Shown here: positions 21,192 through 31,937 of the stretch, piece by piece
Layout of the letters: the number at the start of each line of letters is the position of its first letter
Position numbering within the stretch: position 1 is the stretch's first letter
Origin: an uncultured Chloroflexia bacterium
Lineage (GTDB): Bacteria > Chloroflexota > Dehalococcoidia > UBA2979
NCBI GenBank assembly: GCA_963728205.1
Contig: CAVSIV010000004.1
Coordinates: forward strand, 1-64,000
Length of the DNA: 64,000 nucleotides
Direction: 5' to 3'
Notes under the pieces: generated by a model
Database searches by the model: none
What the model saw: only the letters and a program-made list of their open reading frames with translations
Told to the model about the DNA's origin: nothing
Position numbers and translations under genes: made by a program

Positions 21192-21272
21192 CGGCGCGCG
21201 GCCGGCTTCAGGCCGGCCGTGTGCGGCGTGTCCTCTCCGCGTCGCGGCGGGCATCAGGCCCGCCGCGCGCGG

Positions 21273-23778
21273 TCAGGCGCGGGCGAGCACCTCGGGCGGG
21301 TACGCCGTCCCCACCTCGCCCGACGCCAGCAGCTCCGTGTACTCCCGCTCCGAGTACCCGAGAAGCTCGCGGTACACGTAGGCGTTGTCCTCGCCCAGCC
21401 GGGGCGGCGCGCGGTGGTGGCCGTTCGGCGTGTCATCCCAGCGGAACAGCAGTCCCGGATAGTCGTAGGTGCCGATGTCCGCGCGGGTCAGCGGCTGGAA
21501 GAACCCGCGCGCCCGCAGCTGCGGGCAGTGGAAGGCATCGGCGTCGTCCTGCACCGGGGCGGCGGCGACGCCCGCCGCCTGGAGCGACGCGAACAGCGCG
21601 TCGCGGTCATGCGCACGCGTGCGCTGCGCCAGCAGCGCGTCGAGCGCGCGTCGATGCGTAAGCCGCGACGCGCGCGTCTCGAAGCGTGCGTCGCGGGCGA
21701 GCTGCGGCGCGCCGAGCACGTCGCACAGCGCGCGCCACCCGTCGTCGTCGCCGACGTCGATCGCGATCCAGCGGTCGTCGCCCGCGCACGGGTACGCCCC
21801 GTGCGGCGCGTGCGTGAGGTGGTCGTTGGCGATGCCCGTCGCCTCGCGGCCGCTCATCTGGCGATCGAGCAGCTCGCGTCCCATCAGCCCGGCGAACGCC
21901 TCGATCTGCGGCACCTCAACGAGCTGACCCTCGCCGGTGCGCGCCCGGTGACGCAGCGCCATCGCCGCCGCGAGCGCAGCGGTGATGCCGGCGATCGAGT
22001 CGCACGCGTACGTCTCGCCGGCGGCGTCGGGCGTGGCGTCCGGGTAGCAGCGGACGAGCAGGTGGCCGGCCATCGCCTCGAGGTGGTTCCCCCAGCAGCG
22101 GTAGTCGCGGTACGGGCCGGTGAGCCCGAAGCCCGGCATGCGCACGACGATCAGCCGCGGGTTGACTGCCGACAGCTCCTCGTACGTGAGGCCGAGCTTG
22201 TCGACGGTCTCGGGCACGTTGTTCTCGACGAGCACGTCGGAGATCGCGACGAGCCGCAGCAGCGCCTCGCGCCCCGCGGCGGTGCGGACGTTGCCGGTGA
22301 ACGACCGCTTGTCGCACGAGCTGCTGTTGAAGCTCACTCCCCGGTTCCACGGGTCGTCGCCCACCACGCCGCCCGGGAACCATCCGGCGCGCGCGCCGTC
22401 GGTGGCGCGCGTCTGCGGCTGGATCGCCGAGATCGGCTCCATCTTGAGCACCTCGGCGCCCCACTCCGCCAGGAGCTCGGCCGCGAAGGGCCCGGCCCAC
22501 ACCACCGAGAGGTCGATCACCCGCACGCCCGCGAGCGGCAGGGGGTGCGGGGACGGCGGGGCGTGATCCCGTCGCTGCCGCTCCGGGCTCGAACCACTGA
22601 ATCTCAGCGCGGACTTCCGCCACCTGCTCGTCGAGCAGCGGGGCGCGGCGCGCAGCCGGCCGGGGCGACGCCGACAGCAGGAACGGCCGGCCGGGATACT
22701 CGAGCGAGCCCGCGCGCGGGTGCTCGATGCGCTCCCAGAAGCCGCGCTCGCGGAAGGCGGGGTCGGCGAGCACGTCGCCGATCGTCTGCACCGTGCCGCC
22801 GAGCACGTGGTGCTCCTGCGCGATCGCGAGCGCCTCGCGCATGTCGTGCGCGAGCGTCCACGCGAGATAGCAAGCCTCGATCTCCTCGGCCAGCGCCCCT
22901 TCGATCTCCGCCGGGCGCCGCACCTCCGGCCGCGCGGCCAGGTCGTCGCGGCCGATCATCCGCAGCAGCTCCGGCAGGCGCTGCTGTCCGAGCAGGTTGA
23001 GGTAGCCCTCGCGGCACGGCCGCACGCCCGAGCACACGGCGAACGCCGTCTCGCGCCGCTGCGCGACCATCCCGGAGTACGCGTACGCGAGCAGGTTGAG
23101 CTGCCGCCGGTCCTTGCCCCCCGCCTGCGTCTCGTAGATCGACAGGTCGATGTGATCGCCCGCGCCGGTCGCCTCGGCCCGCAGCACGCCGAGCACGACG
23201 GCGAACGCCGCGACCAGCCCCGCCTGCCACTCGGCGTAGTTGCCGGCCAGCCGCAGCGGCGCGCGCTCCGCGTGCCCGGTGCTGTACATCGCGCCGCCCA
23301 TCGCCTGCAGCACGAGGTCGCTCGCCCCGAGCCCCGCGTACGGCCCGTCCTGCCCGAAGGGCGTGATCGAGCAGACGACCAGCCCCGGCCGCGCGCGACG
23401 CGCCGCATCCAGGTCGACGCCGAGCAACGCGAGCCGCCCGGGCGCCAGGTCCTCGACCACCGCGTCGCTCCGCTCGACCAGCGCGCGCACGAGCGCGACT
23501 CCCTCGGCGCTCGCGAGGTCCGCGACGACGCTGCGCTTGCTCGTGTTCAGCCAGAGAAACGACGCGCTCGCCTCGGGATCGGGAACGTCGCCGCGGAAGG
23601 GTCCCTCGTGGCGCGACGGGTCGCCGCCCGGGGGCTCGACCTTCGTCACGAGCGCCCCGTAGTCGGCGAGCAGCTTCGTCGCGTGCGGGCCGGCGACCCC
23701 CGTGGTGAGGTCGAGCACGCGCAGGCCTTCGAGCGGGCCGGCCGTCGGCGTCGCCCTCCGCGCGGACGGGGCGGTCAT
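21273..23778 (-). CDS. Two-domain CaiB/BaiF (family III) CoA-transferase; frameshift in the linker at about 22600
   Basis: PLEGLRVLDLT..AGP..LADYGA.VTKVEP and a second LAGVRVIDLSVVWAGP..WGAEVLKME; removing one base near 22601 fuses the halves. Confidence 0.85.
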
Positions 23779-23812
23779 GCGGGGCTACGCCGTCTCTGAT
23801 GCGCCATGCGCG

Positions 23813-24674
23813 CTACGCGCGCGGGGGCCGGCTGCGCGGGCCGAACGGCTCGGGCGTGAAGGGGCCGTCGCGCGCCTCCATGAAGCCGCGGAAGCCGCGC
23901 TCCGCGCGCGCCCGCTCGAGGTGCGCGACGTCGGGACCATCGTTCGACGCCTCCACCAGCGTCGAGAGGAACGCGTTCACGTTCAGCGCGTTGCGCAGGC
24001 CCATCGCCTCGAGCCCGTACGTCGTGATCGCCTTGTTCAGCCGCACCGAGTCGGGCGGCACCTGCGCCAGCCGCCGGGCGAGCGCCGTCGCGCGGTCCAT
24101 CAGCTGCTCGTGCGGCACGACCTCGTTCACGACGCCGATGCGCAGCGCCTCCTGCGCGTCGAAGTGGTCGCCGGTGAGCGCGTAGCGGTGCGCCTGCTTC
24201 CACCCGGCAAGCAGCGCGAACAGCACGTTGGTGTTCGAGATCATCCGCACCTCGGGCTGGCCGAAGACCGCCTGGTCGGAGGCGAGCGTGATGTCGCAGG
24301 CGAGCGAGTACCAGAATCCGCCGCCGATGCACCAGCCGTTCACGGCGGCGATCACCGGCTTCGGCAGCTCCATCAGGTGCATGATCATGTCGGGGTTACG
24401 CATCGCCCGGTGCCAGTGCTCGCGCAGGAACGGGCCGGTCGGCACGCGCTCGGCGGCGGATTCCGCCCGAGATGTCGTAGCCGGCGGAGAAGGCGCGGCC
24501 GGCGCCGGTGAGGATGATCGCGCGCACGGACGCGTCGGCGGCCGCCTCGTCGAGGGCCCGGTGCAGCTCCGCCTCGAGCGGACGCGAGAGCGCGTTCAGC
24601 GCCTCCGGGCGGTTCAGCGTGACCGTCGCGACCGCGCCGTCCTGCGCGTAGACGAGGAACTCGTATCCGGCCAT
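23813..24674 (-). CDS. Enoyl-CoA hydratase/isomerase family; frameshift at about 24460
   Basis: TLNRPEALNAL, GRAFSAGYD, KPVIAAVNGWCIGGG, FGQPE. Confidence 0.88.
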
Positions 24675-24744
24675 GGGGCACCCCCTCGGCGCGGATTGTA
24701 GGCGGGGCGTCGAGGGGCCTTCCGCCGGGCGGCGTGCCGCCAAA

Positions 24745-25299
24745 TCAGCGGACCCGCGCCTCCTCGGCGTGGAAGATGAGCGTTACGGTCGCCGACGCGC
24801 CGGCGACCGCGTTCGTCGCGTCGAGCGGCAGCGCGGCATCGAAGCAGAGCACCTCGCTCGCCTGCGGCTGCAGCAGCCGATCGCCCGGCTGCGCGCCGAG
24901 CTCCGGCGACCCGAACGCCGCGGCCGCGAGCGAGAACGGCCCGGCGATCACGTCGCCGGCGCCCGGCGCGCACGCGCCACCCACGGGCGCACGCACCGTC
25001 AGCTGCACCGCGCGGTCGAGGCCCGCGGTCGCGTCCTGCGTCTCCGTGCGCAGCGCGTAGCGCAGCGCCAGCGTGCCGCGGTCGGTGACGCGCAGCGCAC
25101 GCACCGCGACGTCGCCGGGCGCCATGTTGCCGACCGTGAACAGCGCCTCGCGCGGGGCGTCGTCGAGCACGAGCGTCCCGACGACGTTCGGCTCGAGCCG
25201 CTGGATCTGCTGCTGCGGGAAGGCGCCCTCCGCCTGGAGCACGACGATCGAGCCGATCATCCCGGCGGTGAGGAACGCGGCGATCCCTGCCTGCCACAT
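24745..25299 (-). CDS. TasA/CalY (camelysin)-like secreted protein
   Basis: Signal-like N-terminus; FTVGNMAPGD...GTLALRY...EVLCF...LP...N...G.SATVTLIFHAEE pattern; GGAGG RBS. Confidence 0.65.
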   Translation of the reverse strand: MWQAGIAAFLTAGMIGSIVVLQAEGAFPQQQIQRLEPNVVGTLVLDDAPREALFTVGNMAPGDVAVRALRVTDRGTLALRYALRTETQDATAGLDRAVQLTVRAPVGGACAPGAGDVIAGPFSLAAAAFGSPELGAQPGDRLLQPQASEVLCFDAALPLDATNAVAGASATVTLIFHAEEARVR

Positions 25300-25557
25300 G
25301 ACGCGGCCTCCACCAGGATCGTCGTCACGGCCGGCGGGGCTCCGTACCCCGGCGGAGCGTGCGTCGAACGGCACGACGGTGGTGAGCGGCGTGCTTCGAG
25401 CGGCGCGTGGTCAAGGCGCTGAGCGCGTGGAGACACGAAGCGCCCCGTGCCGCCGAGCGGCGTGCTTCGAGCAACGCCCGGTCGAGGCGCCGAGCGCCCG
25501 GGCTCAGCATCCTCACCGGATGCCGCTCGAAGCAGGCCGCCCCGCTACGCTGGCTGC

Positions 25558-26505
25558 ATGGTGAGCACCGGCGCGCGCGTCCTCGTCGGCACGGCCTCGT
25601 GGGCGGACAAGCCGCTGATCGAGAGCAGGCGCTTCTACCCGCCCGAAGCGAAGTCCGCGGAGGCGCGGCTGCGCTACTACGCGTCGCAGTTCCCGCTCGT
25701 CGAGGCCGACAGCCCGTACTACGGACTGCCCACGGAGACCGCCGTCCACGCGTGGGTCGAGCGCACCCCGCCCGGCTTCACGTTCGACGTGAAGGCCTAC
25801 TCGCTCTTCACCGAGCACCCGACGCCGGTGAACCGCCTGCCGAAGGCGATCCAGGAGGTGCTGCCGCCGGCCCTCAAGAAGAAGCGACGCTTCTATCGCT
25901 CCGACGCCCCCGACGAGATCGTGAACCTCTGCTGGTCGACGTACGTCGACGCCCTGCGCCCGCTGCACGAGGGCGGCAAGCTCGGCGTCACCGTCTTCCA
26001 GCTGCCGAAGTGGATCTTCCCGAACCGGCAGACGCTCGCGTACCTCGAGGAGATCCGCGACCGGCTCGGCCCGTACCGCGCGGCCGTCGAGTTCCGGAAC
26101 GACGTCTGGATGAACGCCGAGAACCAGGAGTCGACGCTGGCGATGCTCGGCGACCTCGACTTCACCTACATCTGCGTGGACGAGCCGCAGGGCTTCCGGT
26201 CGTCCGTGCCCCCGGTCGCCGTCGCGACGAACCGGCTGGCGTTCGTGCGCTTCCATGGGCGCAACGCCGAGCGGTGGGAGACCACGGGCGGGTCGGCGGC
26301 CGAGCGCTTCGACTACTACTACTCGCCCGACGAGCTCGACGAGTGGGTGCCGAAGATCGGGCAGCTCACGATGCACGCCGAAGCCGTGCACCTGGTGATG
26401 AACACGAACAACCACGACCAGGGGCCGGCGAACGCGCGCCTGCTGGCCGAGCGGCTGGCCGCCGAGGGCATCGAAGTCGCGCCCTGGCCGCCGACCGCGG
26501 ACTGA
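25558..26505 (+). CDS. DUF72 domain protein
   Basis: VGTASW, LRYYASQFPLVEADSPYY, FTFDVKA, AVEFR, CVDEP, FVRFHGRN, FDYYYSPDEL. Confidence 0.93.
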   Translation: MVSTGARVLVGTASWADKPLIESRRFYPPEAKSAEARLRYYASQFPLVEADSPYYGLPTETAVHAWVERTPPGFTFDVKAYSLFTEHPTPVNRLPKAIQEVLPPALKKKRRFYRSDAPDEIVNLCWSTYVDALRPLHEGGKLGVTVFQLPKWIFPNRQTLAYLEEIRDRLGPYRAAVEFRNDVWMNAENQESTLAMLGDLDFTYICVDEPQGFRSSVPPVAVATNRLAFVRFHGRNAERWETTGGSAAERFDYYYSPDELDEWVPKIGQLTMHAEAVHLVMNTNNHDQGPANARLLAERLAAEGIEVAPWPPTAD

Positions 26506-26509
26506 CGTC

Positions 26510-27295
26510 GTGCGCTGGCCGGCGACGGCCGCGGTGCTGAGCGCAGAGCAGGCGCGCATCGGCGCGATGACGCAGCCAGCGTGGCGGCCGGCCGAGGGCG
26601 GGCCGCCTGCGGTGGCGGGGTGCTTCGTCTGCTTCCCGCGCGGCCTCACCGATCGCGGCGAGGCGGGCGATCGCGCGTGGGCCGCGGCCGCGGTCGTCTC
26701 GGGCGACGGTCGCGTTGCGCGCGCGGTGGTCGCCGGCGCGGCGGCCGCCGCCTACGTGCCCGGCATGCTCGCGCTGCGCGAGGGCCCGCTGCTCGAGACG
26801 GCGGTGCGCGCGCTCGATGCGTCGTTCGACGTGCTGCTCGTGAACGCGACCGGCCGCGACCATCCGCGCCGCTGCGGCCTCGCGGTCCACCTCGGCGCCG
26901 TGCTCGACGTGCCGACCGTCGGCGTCACGCACCGTGCGCTCGTCGCGCGGGGCGCCTGGCCGCCGGACGCGCCCGGCGCGGCCGCGCCGCTCGTGCTCGA
27001 CGACGAGGTCGTCGGTGCCTGGCTGCGCACGCGCGCCGGCGCGCGCCCGCTCGCCGTGCATGCGGGCTGGCGCACCGACGTGGCGACCGCGCTCGCCGTC
27101 GTGCGCGTCGCCGCCGGCGACGCCCGCACGCCGCGCCCGCTGCGCCTCGCCCGCGAGTCCGCGCGCACCGCGCGCGCCGCCGCCGGCGGCAACGCGGGCG
27201 GCGACCCCGGCGGCAACGCGGGCGACCCCGGCGCCGACGCGGGCGACCCCGGCGCCGACGCGGGCGGCGACCCAGGCGGCGAGCGGTGGGCTTAA
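26510..27295 (+). CDS. Endonuclease V homolog with degenerate active site
   Basis: YVPGMLALRE, DVLLVNATGRDHPRRCGLAVHLG, PTVGV, PRPLRLA; Gly/Asp-rich repetitive tail. Confidence 0.8.
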   Translation: MRWPATAAVLSAEQARIGAMTQPAWRPAEGGPPAVAGCFVCFPRGLTDRGEAGDRAWAAAAVVSGDGRVARAVVAGAAAAAYVPGMLALREGPLLETAVRALDASFDVLLVNATGRDHPRRCGLAVHLGAVLDVPTVGVTHRALVARGAWPPDAPGAAAPLVLDDEVVGAWLRTRAGARPLAVHAGWRTDVATALAVVRVAAGDARTPRPLRLARESARTARAAAGGNAGGDPGGNAGDPGADAGDPGADAGGDPGGERWA

Positions 27296-27454
27296 CGGAC
27301 TGCTCACGAGGTCCGCCCAGCTTCGCCCGCCCGCACGTCCCCCGCGTAGACAACGCGGCGGCACTTGCAGGTGAGGACGCCGCTCGCACCGCGCGAGCAG
27401 TCGATGTTCAGCCCACGCTCGCCGGGGCGACGCGGCCACCGCTCGCCGCGCCCC

Positions 27455-28366
27455 CTAGAACATCGCCACCGGGTTCACGGGACTCCCCGTCCCGCCCTCG
27501 ACCACCAGCGGGAGCACCATCAGCAGAAACTCCCACCGCCCCTCCTCCGCGCACGCCTGCGCCAGCGTCCGCAGGTGCGCGTTGTCGAGCAGCGCGACGC
27601 CGTACGCGAAGATCACACCGTGGACCGGCCACGGCACGCCGTGCTCCGTCGGGTACGCGTCCATCATGTCCCACACCAGCAGCGACACGTCGCGCTCGCG
27701 GATGAACGGCGCGCACGACGCGTGCAGCCCCGGACGCACGCGCGCCTCCAGCGCGTTGCCGTCCTCGAGGTACGCCTCGTAGCCGCTGTAGACGACGAGC
27801 GCGTCGCCCGGCTCAATCGCCACGCCCTCGGCCCGCGCGATCTCGGCCAGCTCCGCGCCGTGCACCGGCCGGTCCGCCGTCACATAGCCCGTCCCACGGT
27901 GGCGCGGGACGTCGAGCAGCACGCCCCGCGTGACGATGCCGCCGCTCCACGCGGTCACGTCCGCGAAGCGCGCGCCGTCGCCGGTCAGCTCGCGCGCGGG
28001 ATCGCGCCCCTGCCACATCCCGTCGGCGTCCCACACGTGGCACAGCGCGTCCAGGTGCGTCATCGACTGCCCGTGGTAGACGAAGCCGTAGTAGTCAACG
28101 ACGGCACCCGAGCCCTGGCCGCGGTCCGACACGCGCATGAAGTGCTGCGCCGGCGTGGGGTTCGTCGGCCCGGGCGTTTTCGGGTACGGCCGGCTCAGCG
28201 ATACCGTGCGACCGGTGCGCGCGAGCCGCAGCGCCGCGAGCCGCTTCTCCGGCGTGACGAGGTTGAGCGCGCCGACGGCGTCGTCGTCGCCCCACCGCCC
28301 CCAGTTGCGTCCGGCCGCCCGCGCCGCGAGCACCTGCTCGGCCGTGAGTTGCATGTCGTCGGTCAT
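27455..28366 (-). CDS. Cyclase family (kynurenine formamidase-like) metal hydrolase
   Basis: NWGRWGDDDAVGALN, THLDALCH, RGVLLDV, GGTGSPVNPVA. Confidence 0.92.
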   Translation of the reverse strand: MTDDMQLTAEQVLAARAAGRNWGRWGDDDAVGALNLVTPEKRLAALRLARTGRTVSLSRPYPKTPGPTNPTPAQHFMRVSDRGQGSGAVVDYYGFVYHGQSMTHLDALCHVWDADGMWQGRDPARELTGDGARFADVTAWSGGIVTRGVLLDVPRHRGTGYVTADRPVHGAELAEIARAEGVAIEPGDALVVYSGYEAYLEDGNALEARVRPGLHASCAPFIRERDVSLLVWDMMDAYPTEHGVPWPVHGVIFAYGVALLDNAHLRTLAQACAEEGRWEFLLMVLPLVVEGGTGSPVNPVAMF

Positions 28367-28790
28367 CGCATCCCCCTCCCGCGGGCCGCCCGGCGGCGGC
28401 GCGCCGCGCGGATGCTACCGCGGGCACGCCGAGCCGGCCGCCGAAGTTCACGCCGCCGTAACAGCGCCGCCATCGACGCGAAACGCGCCGGCGCGAAGAT
28501 GGCTCTCGAGACGGAGGAGACGTCGATGGAGTCGGCACCTCGGCGCTCCCGCACGGTACCGGGCGGTCCCCCTCCAGACCCGGTGCCGCGCGTCGTCTCA
28601 GCACAGGCGCGAGCCGGCGCCGTTCGCCGTCAGCAGTTGCGAGCCGGGGCGTACCGCCCGCCGCAACCTCGCTGACGCGACGGCACCGGCGGCACCTGCC
28701 GGGCCATCACCGCCGCCGTTTCGGGCGCGCGTTGACGCCCTCGTCACATCCGTGATAGCCATGCCCCCATTCGCAGAGGGGGCGTCTTCC

Positions 28791-29975
28791 GTGGACCAGC
28801 CGCTGACCGGAATCCGCGTGATCGAGGTCGGCGGGACCCTGGCCGCAGCGGGCGCGACCAAGACCTTCTCCGACTTCGGCGCCGACGTGATCAAGGTCGA
28901 GCCGCGGGGCGGCGCCGAGATGCGGCGCCTGCCGCCGTTCCTCGACGACGTCCCCGGCCCCGAGCGGGGCGCCTACCACGTGGCGCTCGACACCGGGAAG
29001 CGCTCGCTCGTCCTCGACCTCGACACCGCGTCCGGGCTCGACGTCCTCGCCCGCCTCGCGACGACCGCCGACCTGGCCGTCATGCACCTCCCGCGCGCGG
29101 CGACGGAGGCGGCGCTCGACGCGATCGAGCACGCCGAGCGCCCGCCCAGCACCGTCGCGCTCGCCGCGCACGGCATCGAAGGTCCGTTCGCCGACCGCGT
29201 CGAGAATGACCTCTCGCTCTTCGCGTGGACCACGCGCATGCGCCAGCACGGCATCGCCGGCCGCGAGCCGCTGCGCTACGCGCCGCATCTCGTGACGCTG
29301 CAGTGGAGCGCGACCGCCGCGGCGGCCGGCCTCGCGGCCGTGTGGGGCCACCAGCACGACGGCCGCCCGCGGCGCATCGAGGTCTCCGGCGTCGAGGCGC
29401 AGCTCGGGAACGTCGACAACTGGTTCCTAATCTGGCAGTTCCAGGGCGCGGAGATGCCGCGTACCGGCGGCCAGTCGAAGCTCGCCTACCCCGCCGGCGC
29501 CTACCGCTGCGGCGACGGCTATGTCGTCTTCGCCTCGGCCAACGAGCCGTTCTTCTCACGCGTCTGTACCGGCATCGGCCATCCCGAGCTGCCGTCCGAC
29601 CCCCGCTTCGCCGACCCGCTCGCAAAGTCGCAGCACTGGGACGACTTCATGCAGTACCTCGGGCCGTGGCTCGAAGCGCGCACGCGCGACGAGGTGTTCA
29701 CGGAGCTCCAGCGCCACGGCGTGATGGTCGCGCCCGTGCTCGACGTCGCGGAGGTGCTGGTCGACCGGCAGGCGGCCGCGCGCAGCTCGTTCGTCGAGGT
29801 GCCGCTCGCGGAGGGCGGCGCGACGACCATCGCCGGCCCGCCGTTCCGGCTCGCGGACGCCTGGATGGCGGAGGCGGCGCCCGTGGTCGGCGCGCACGCC
29901 GCCGAGGTGCTCGGCGAGCTCGGCTACTCACGCGACGAGCAGATCGCGCTCTTCCGCGCAGGCGTCACGGGGTAG
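28791..29975 (+). CDS. CaiB/BaiF CoA-transferase (probable non-catalytic subunit)
   Basis: PLTGIRVIEV, FGADVIKVEP, GKRSLVLDL; the catalytic Asp region appears absent. Start could be ATG 28761. Confidence 0.85.
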   Translation: MDQPLTGIRVIEVGGTLAAAGATKTFSDFGADVIKVEPRGGAEMRRLPPFLDDVPGPERGAYHVALDTGKRSLVLDLDTASGLDVLARLATTADLAVMHLPRAATEAALDAIEHAERPPSTVALAAHGIEGPFADRVENDLSLFAWTTRMRQHGIAGREPLRYAPHLVTLQWSATAAAAGLAAVWGHQHDGRPRRIEVSGVEAQLGNVDNWFLIWQFQGAEMPRTGGQSKLAYPAGAYRCGDGYVVFASANEPFFSRVCTGIGHPELPSDPRFADPLAKSQHWDDFMQYLGPWLEARTRDEVFTELQRHGVMVAPVLDVAEVLVDRQAAARSSFVEVPLAEGGATTIAGPPFRLADAWMAEAAPVVGAHAAEVLGELGYSRDEQIALFRAGVTG

Positions 29976-29999
29976 CCACGGAGGCGAGAGGAGGCCGCG

Positions 30000-31271
30000 A
30001 TGACGTCGGAGCTGCTCAAGGGCATCCGCGTGATCGAGATCACCGAGGTGTGGGCGGGGCCGATGGCCGGCTCGCTGCTCGGCGACCTGGGCGCCGACGT
30101 GATCAAGGTGGAGTCGTTCCCACGCGCGTCGATGACCCGGCCACGGGTCGACGGAGCGCCGACGCTCGCGCCCGGCGACGGCCCGCCGTACGAGCGCAGC
30201 GCCATCCACCACCTGTCGAACCGCAACAAGCGCAACATCGCGCTCAACCTGCAGAGCGAGGCCGGCTGCGAGGCGATGCGCCGCCTGATCGGCACCGCCG
30301 ACATCGCGTTCGAGGGCTACTCGGCCGGGACCGTCGAGCGGCTCGGCTTTGGCTGGGACGCCGTCCACGCGATGAACCCGCGCATCTCGATGATCGCAAT
30401 GCCGGGCTGGGGCTACGCCGGCCCGTACCGCGGCTACGTCACGCTGGGCTCAGGGCTCGACGCCGCCTCCGGCCACACCGCGCTGCGCGGCTACCCCGAC
30501 GCGCCAATGGACGACGTCCAGCAGATCTACCACTCGGATGCGACCGGCGCGCTCACCGTCGTGTTCGCCGCGCTCACCGCCCTGCGGCGGCGCGAGCAGA
30601 CCGGCGAGGGCTCGTTCATCGACCTGTCGCAGATCGAGGCGATGCTCTGGCAGCTCCCCGGCCCCTTCGCCGAGTGGACGATGGGCGGCCGCCTCCCCGA
30701 CCGCCTCGGCAATCGCGACCCGTACGTGGTCCCGCACGGCTGCTACCGCGCCGGCAGCGGCGAGGCGGGCGACGACGCGTGGGTGGTGATCGCGGCGGAG
30801 AACGATGCGCAGTGGGCCGGGGTCGCACGCGCGGCCGGGCACCCCGAGTGGGCCGAGCGCGGTCACGCGTGGGCGACGGTCCCCGGCCGCCTCGCTGCGC
30901 GCGAGGCGGTCGACGCGGCGCTCGCCGCGTACGCGGCGGCGTCGACGGCGGAGGCGGTAGCGGACGCCGTGCAGGCGGCGGGCGGCATCGCGGCGCCGGT
31001 GATCGCGCCGTGGTCGGTGCTCTCGAGCCCGCAGCACGCCGCCCGCGAGTGGCTGCAGTCGGTGACGCACCGCTACGCCGGCACCTGGATGTTCGCCGGC
31101 TTCCCCTGGCGCGTGTCGCCCGATGCCGCGTCGTGGGATCTCCCGTGCGGCCTGCTCGGGGAGTTCAACCACGAGGTGCTCGGCGAACTCGGCTACACGC
31201 CCGAGGAGATCGGCGCGCTGGAGGACGAGGGCGCCGTCGGCGACGCCTACCCGGTGGCGCCACCCGCCTGA
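30000..31271 (+). CDS. CaiB/BaiF CoA-transferase
   Basis: GIRVIEITEVWAGP, LGDLGADVIKVE, NRNKRNIALNL, HSDATGA. Confidence 0.92.
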   Translation: MTSELLKGIRVIEITEVWAGPMAGSLLGDLGADVIKVESFPRASMTRPRVDGAPTLAPGDGPPYERSAIHHLSNRNKRNIALNLQSEAGCEAMRRLIGTADIAFEGYSAGTVERLGFGWDAVHAMNPRISMIAMPGWGYAGPYRGYVTLGSGLDAASGHTALRGYPDAPMDDVQQIYHSDATGALTVVFAALTALRRREQTGEGSFIDLSQIEAMLWQLPGPFAEWTMGGRLPDRLGNRDPYVVPHGCYRAGSGEAGDDAWVVIAAENDAQWAGVARAAGHPEWAERGHAWATVPGRLAAREAVDAALAAYAAASTAEAVADAVQAAGGIAAPVIAPWSVLSSPQHAAREWLQSVTHRYAGTWMFAGFPWRVSPDAASWDLPCGLLGEFNHEVLGELGYTPEEIGALEDEGAVGDAYPVAPPA

Positions 31272-31359
31272 GCGGCGACCGGCATGCCGCCGGCCCCGCC
31301 AGCGCCGGATGCGGACGAACGTCCGCGCGCTGTCGGCGGCATGTTTGGCGCCACTGTGG
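31271..31359. repeat. Degenerate inverted pair of REP-like units between convergent genes
   Basis: agcggcgaccggcatgccgccg ... gtcggcggcatgtttggcgccactgtgg. Confidence 0.55.
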
Positions 31360-31400
31360 CCGGCCGCCCCCTGTCGTCCATGCCGCCGGGCGGCCCCCCT

Positions 31401-31937
31401 TCAGTGCTTGCGCTGGCGCGTGCGGCGGCGCGTCCGCATCGGCGGCGTCGCCGGATTGCGCGGCACGATGCTGATCGTGCCGTCGGTCTCGAGCACCCCG
31501 GATAGCACGCTCGAGATGTCCTCCAGGCCGTGCTCGCGGATCGCCATCATCAATTCGTCGCGGTCGACGCCCTCGCGCCGCAGATGCGCGTCGATCAGCG
31601 TGCCGTCGTGGATCAGCAGCGTGGGGGTGCCCTCCACGCCGCGCCGCATCCACGGCACATGCTCGCGGAGCTGCGAGACGAGGTAGTTCGCGCCGATCAG
31701 CACGCCCGCCGCGATCAGGCCGCCCGTGAGCGACGTGTCCGCGCCGACCATGGCGTTCTGCACGGCGTTGGCGACGAGCAGGATCACGACGAAGTCGAAC
31801 GCCGTCATCTGTCCCATCTCGCGCTTGCCGGCGAGCCGGATCGCGACGAGCAAGGCACCGTAGACGATGGCGGTGCGCAGGACGATCGACCACCCGTTGA
31901 CGTCGAGCGCGAACACGCTGCCCTCGATTCCTCGCAC
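31401..31937 (-). CDS. DUF421/YetF family membrane protein
   Basis: RLAGKREMGQMTAFDFV, EGTPTLLIHDG, LETDGTISIV. Confidence 0.9.
   Translation of the reverse strand: MRGIEGSVFALDVNGWSIVLRTAIVYGALLVAIRLAGKREMGQMTAFDFVVILLVANAVQNAMVGADTSLTGGLIAAGVLIGANYLVSQLREHVPWMRRGVEGTPTLLIHDGTLIDAHLRREGVDRDELMMAIREHGLEDISSVLSGVLETDGTISIVPRNPATPPMRTRRRTRQRKH

Noticed and set aside
18485-21661. Very long Arg/Ala/Pro-rich ORFs (e.g. 1058, 954, 898 aa) in alternate frames or antisense
   Set aside because: Shadow ORFs expected at very high GC; they overlap well-supported genes and lack motifs.
27184-27283. Short GC-rich tandem repeats (EndoV tail; also about 12712-12745 and 57476-57520)
   Set aside because: Low-complexity slippage repeats with no evident function.
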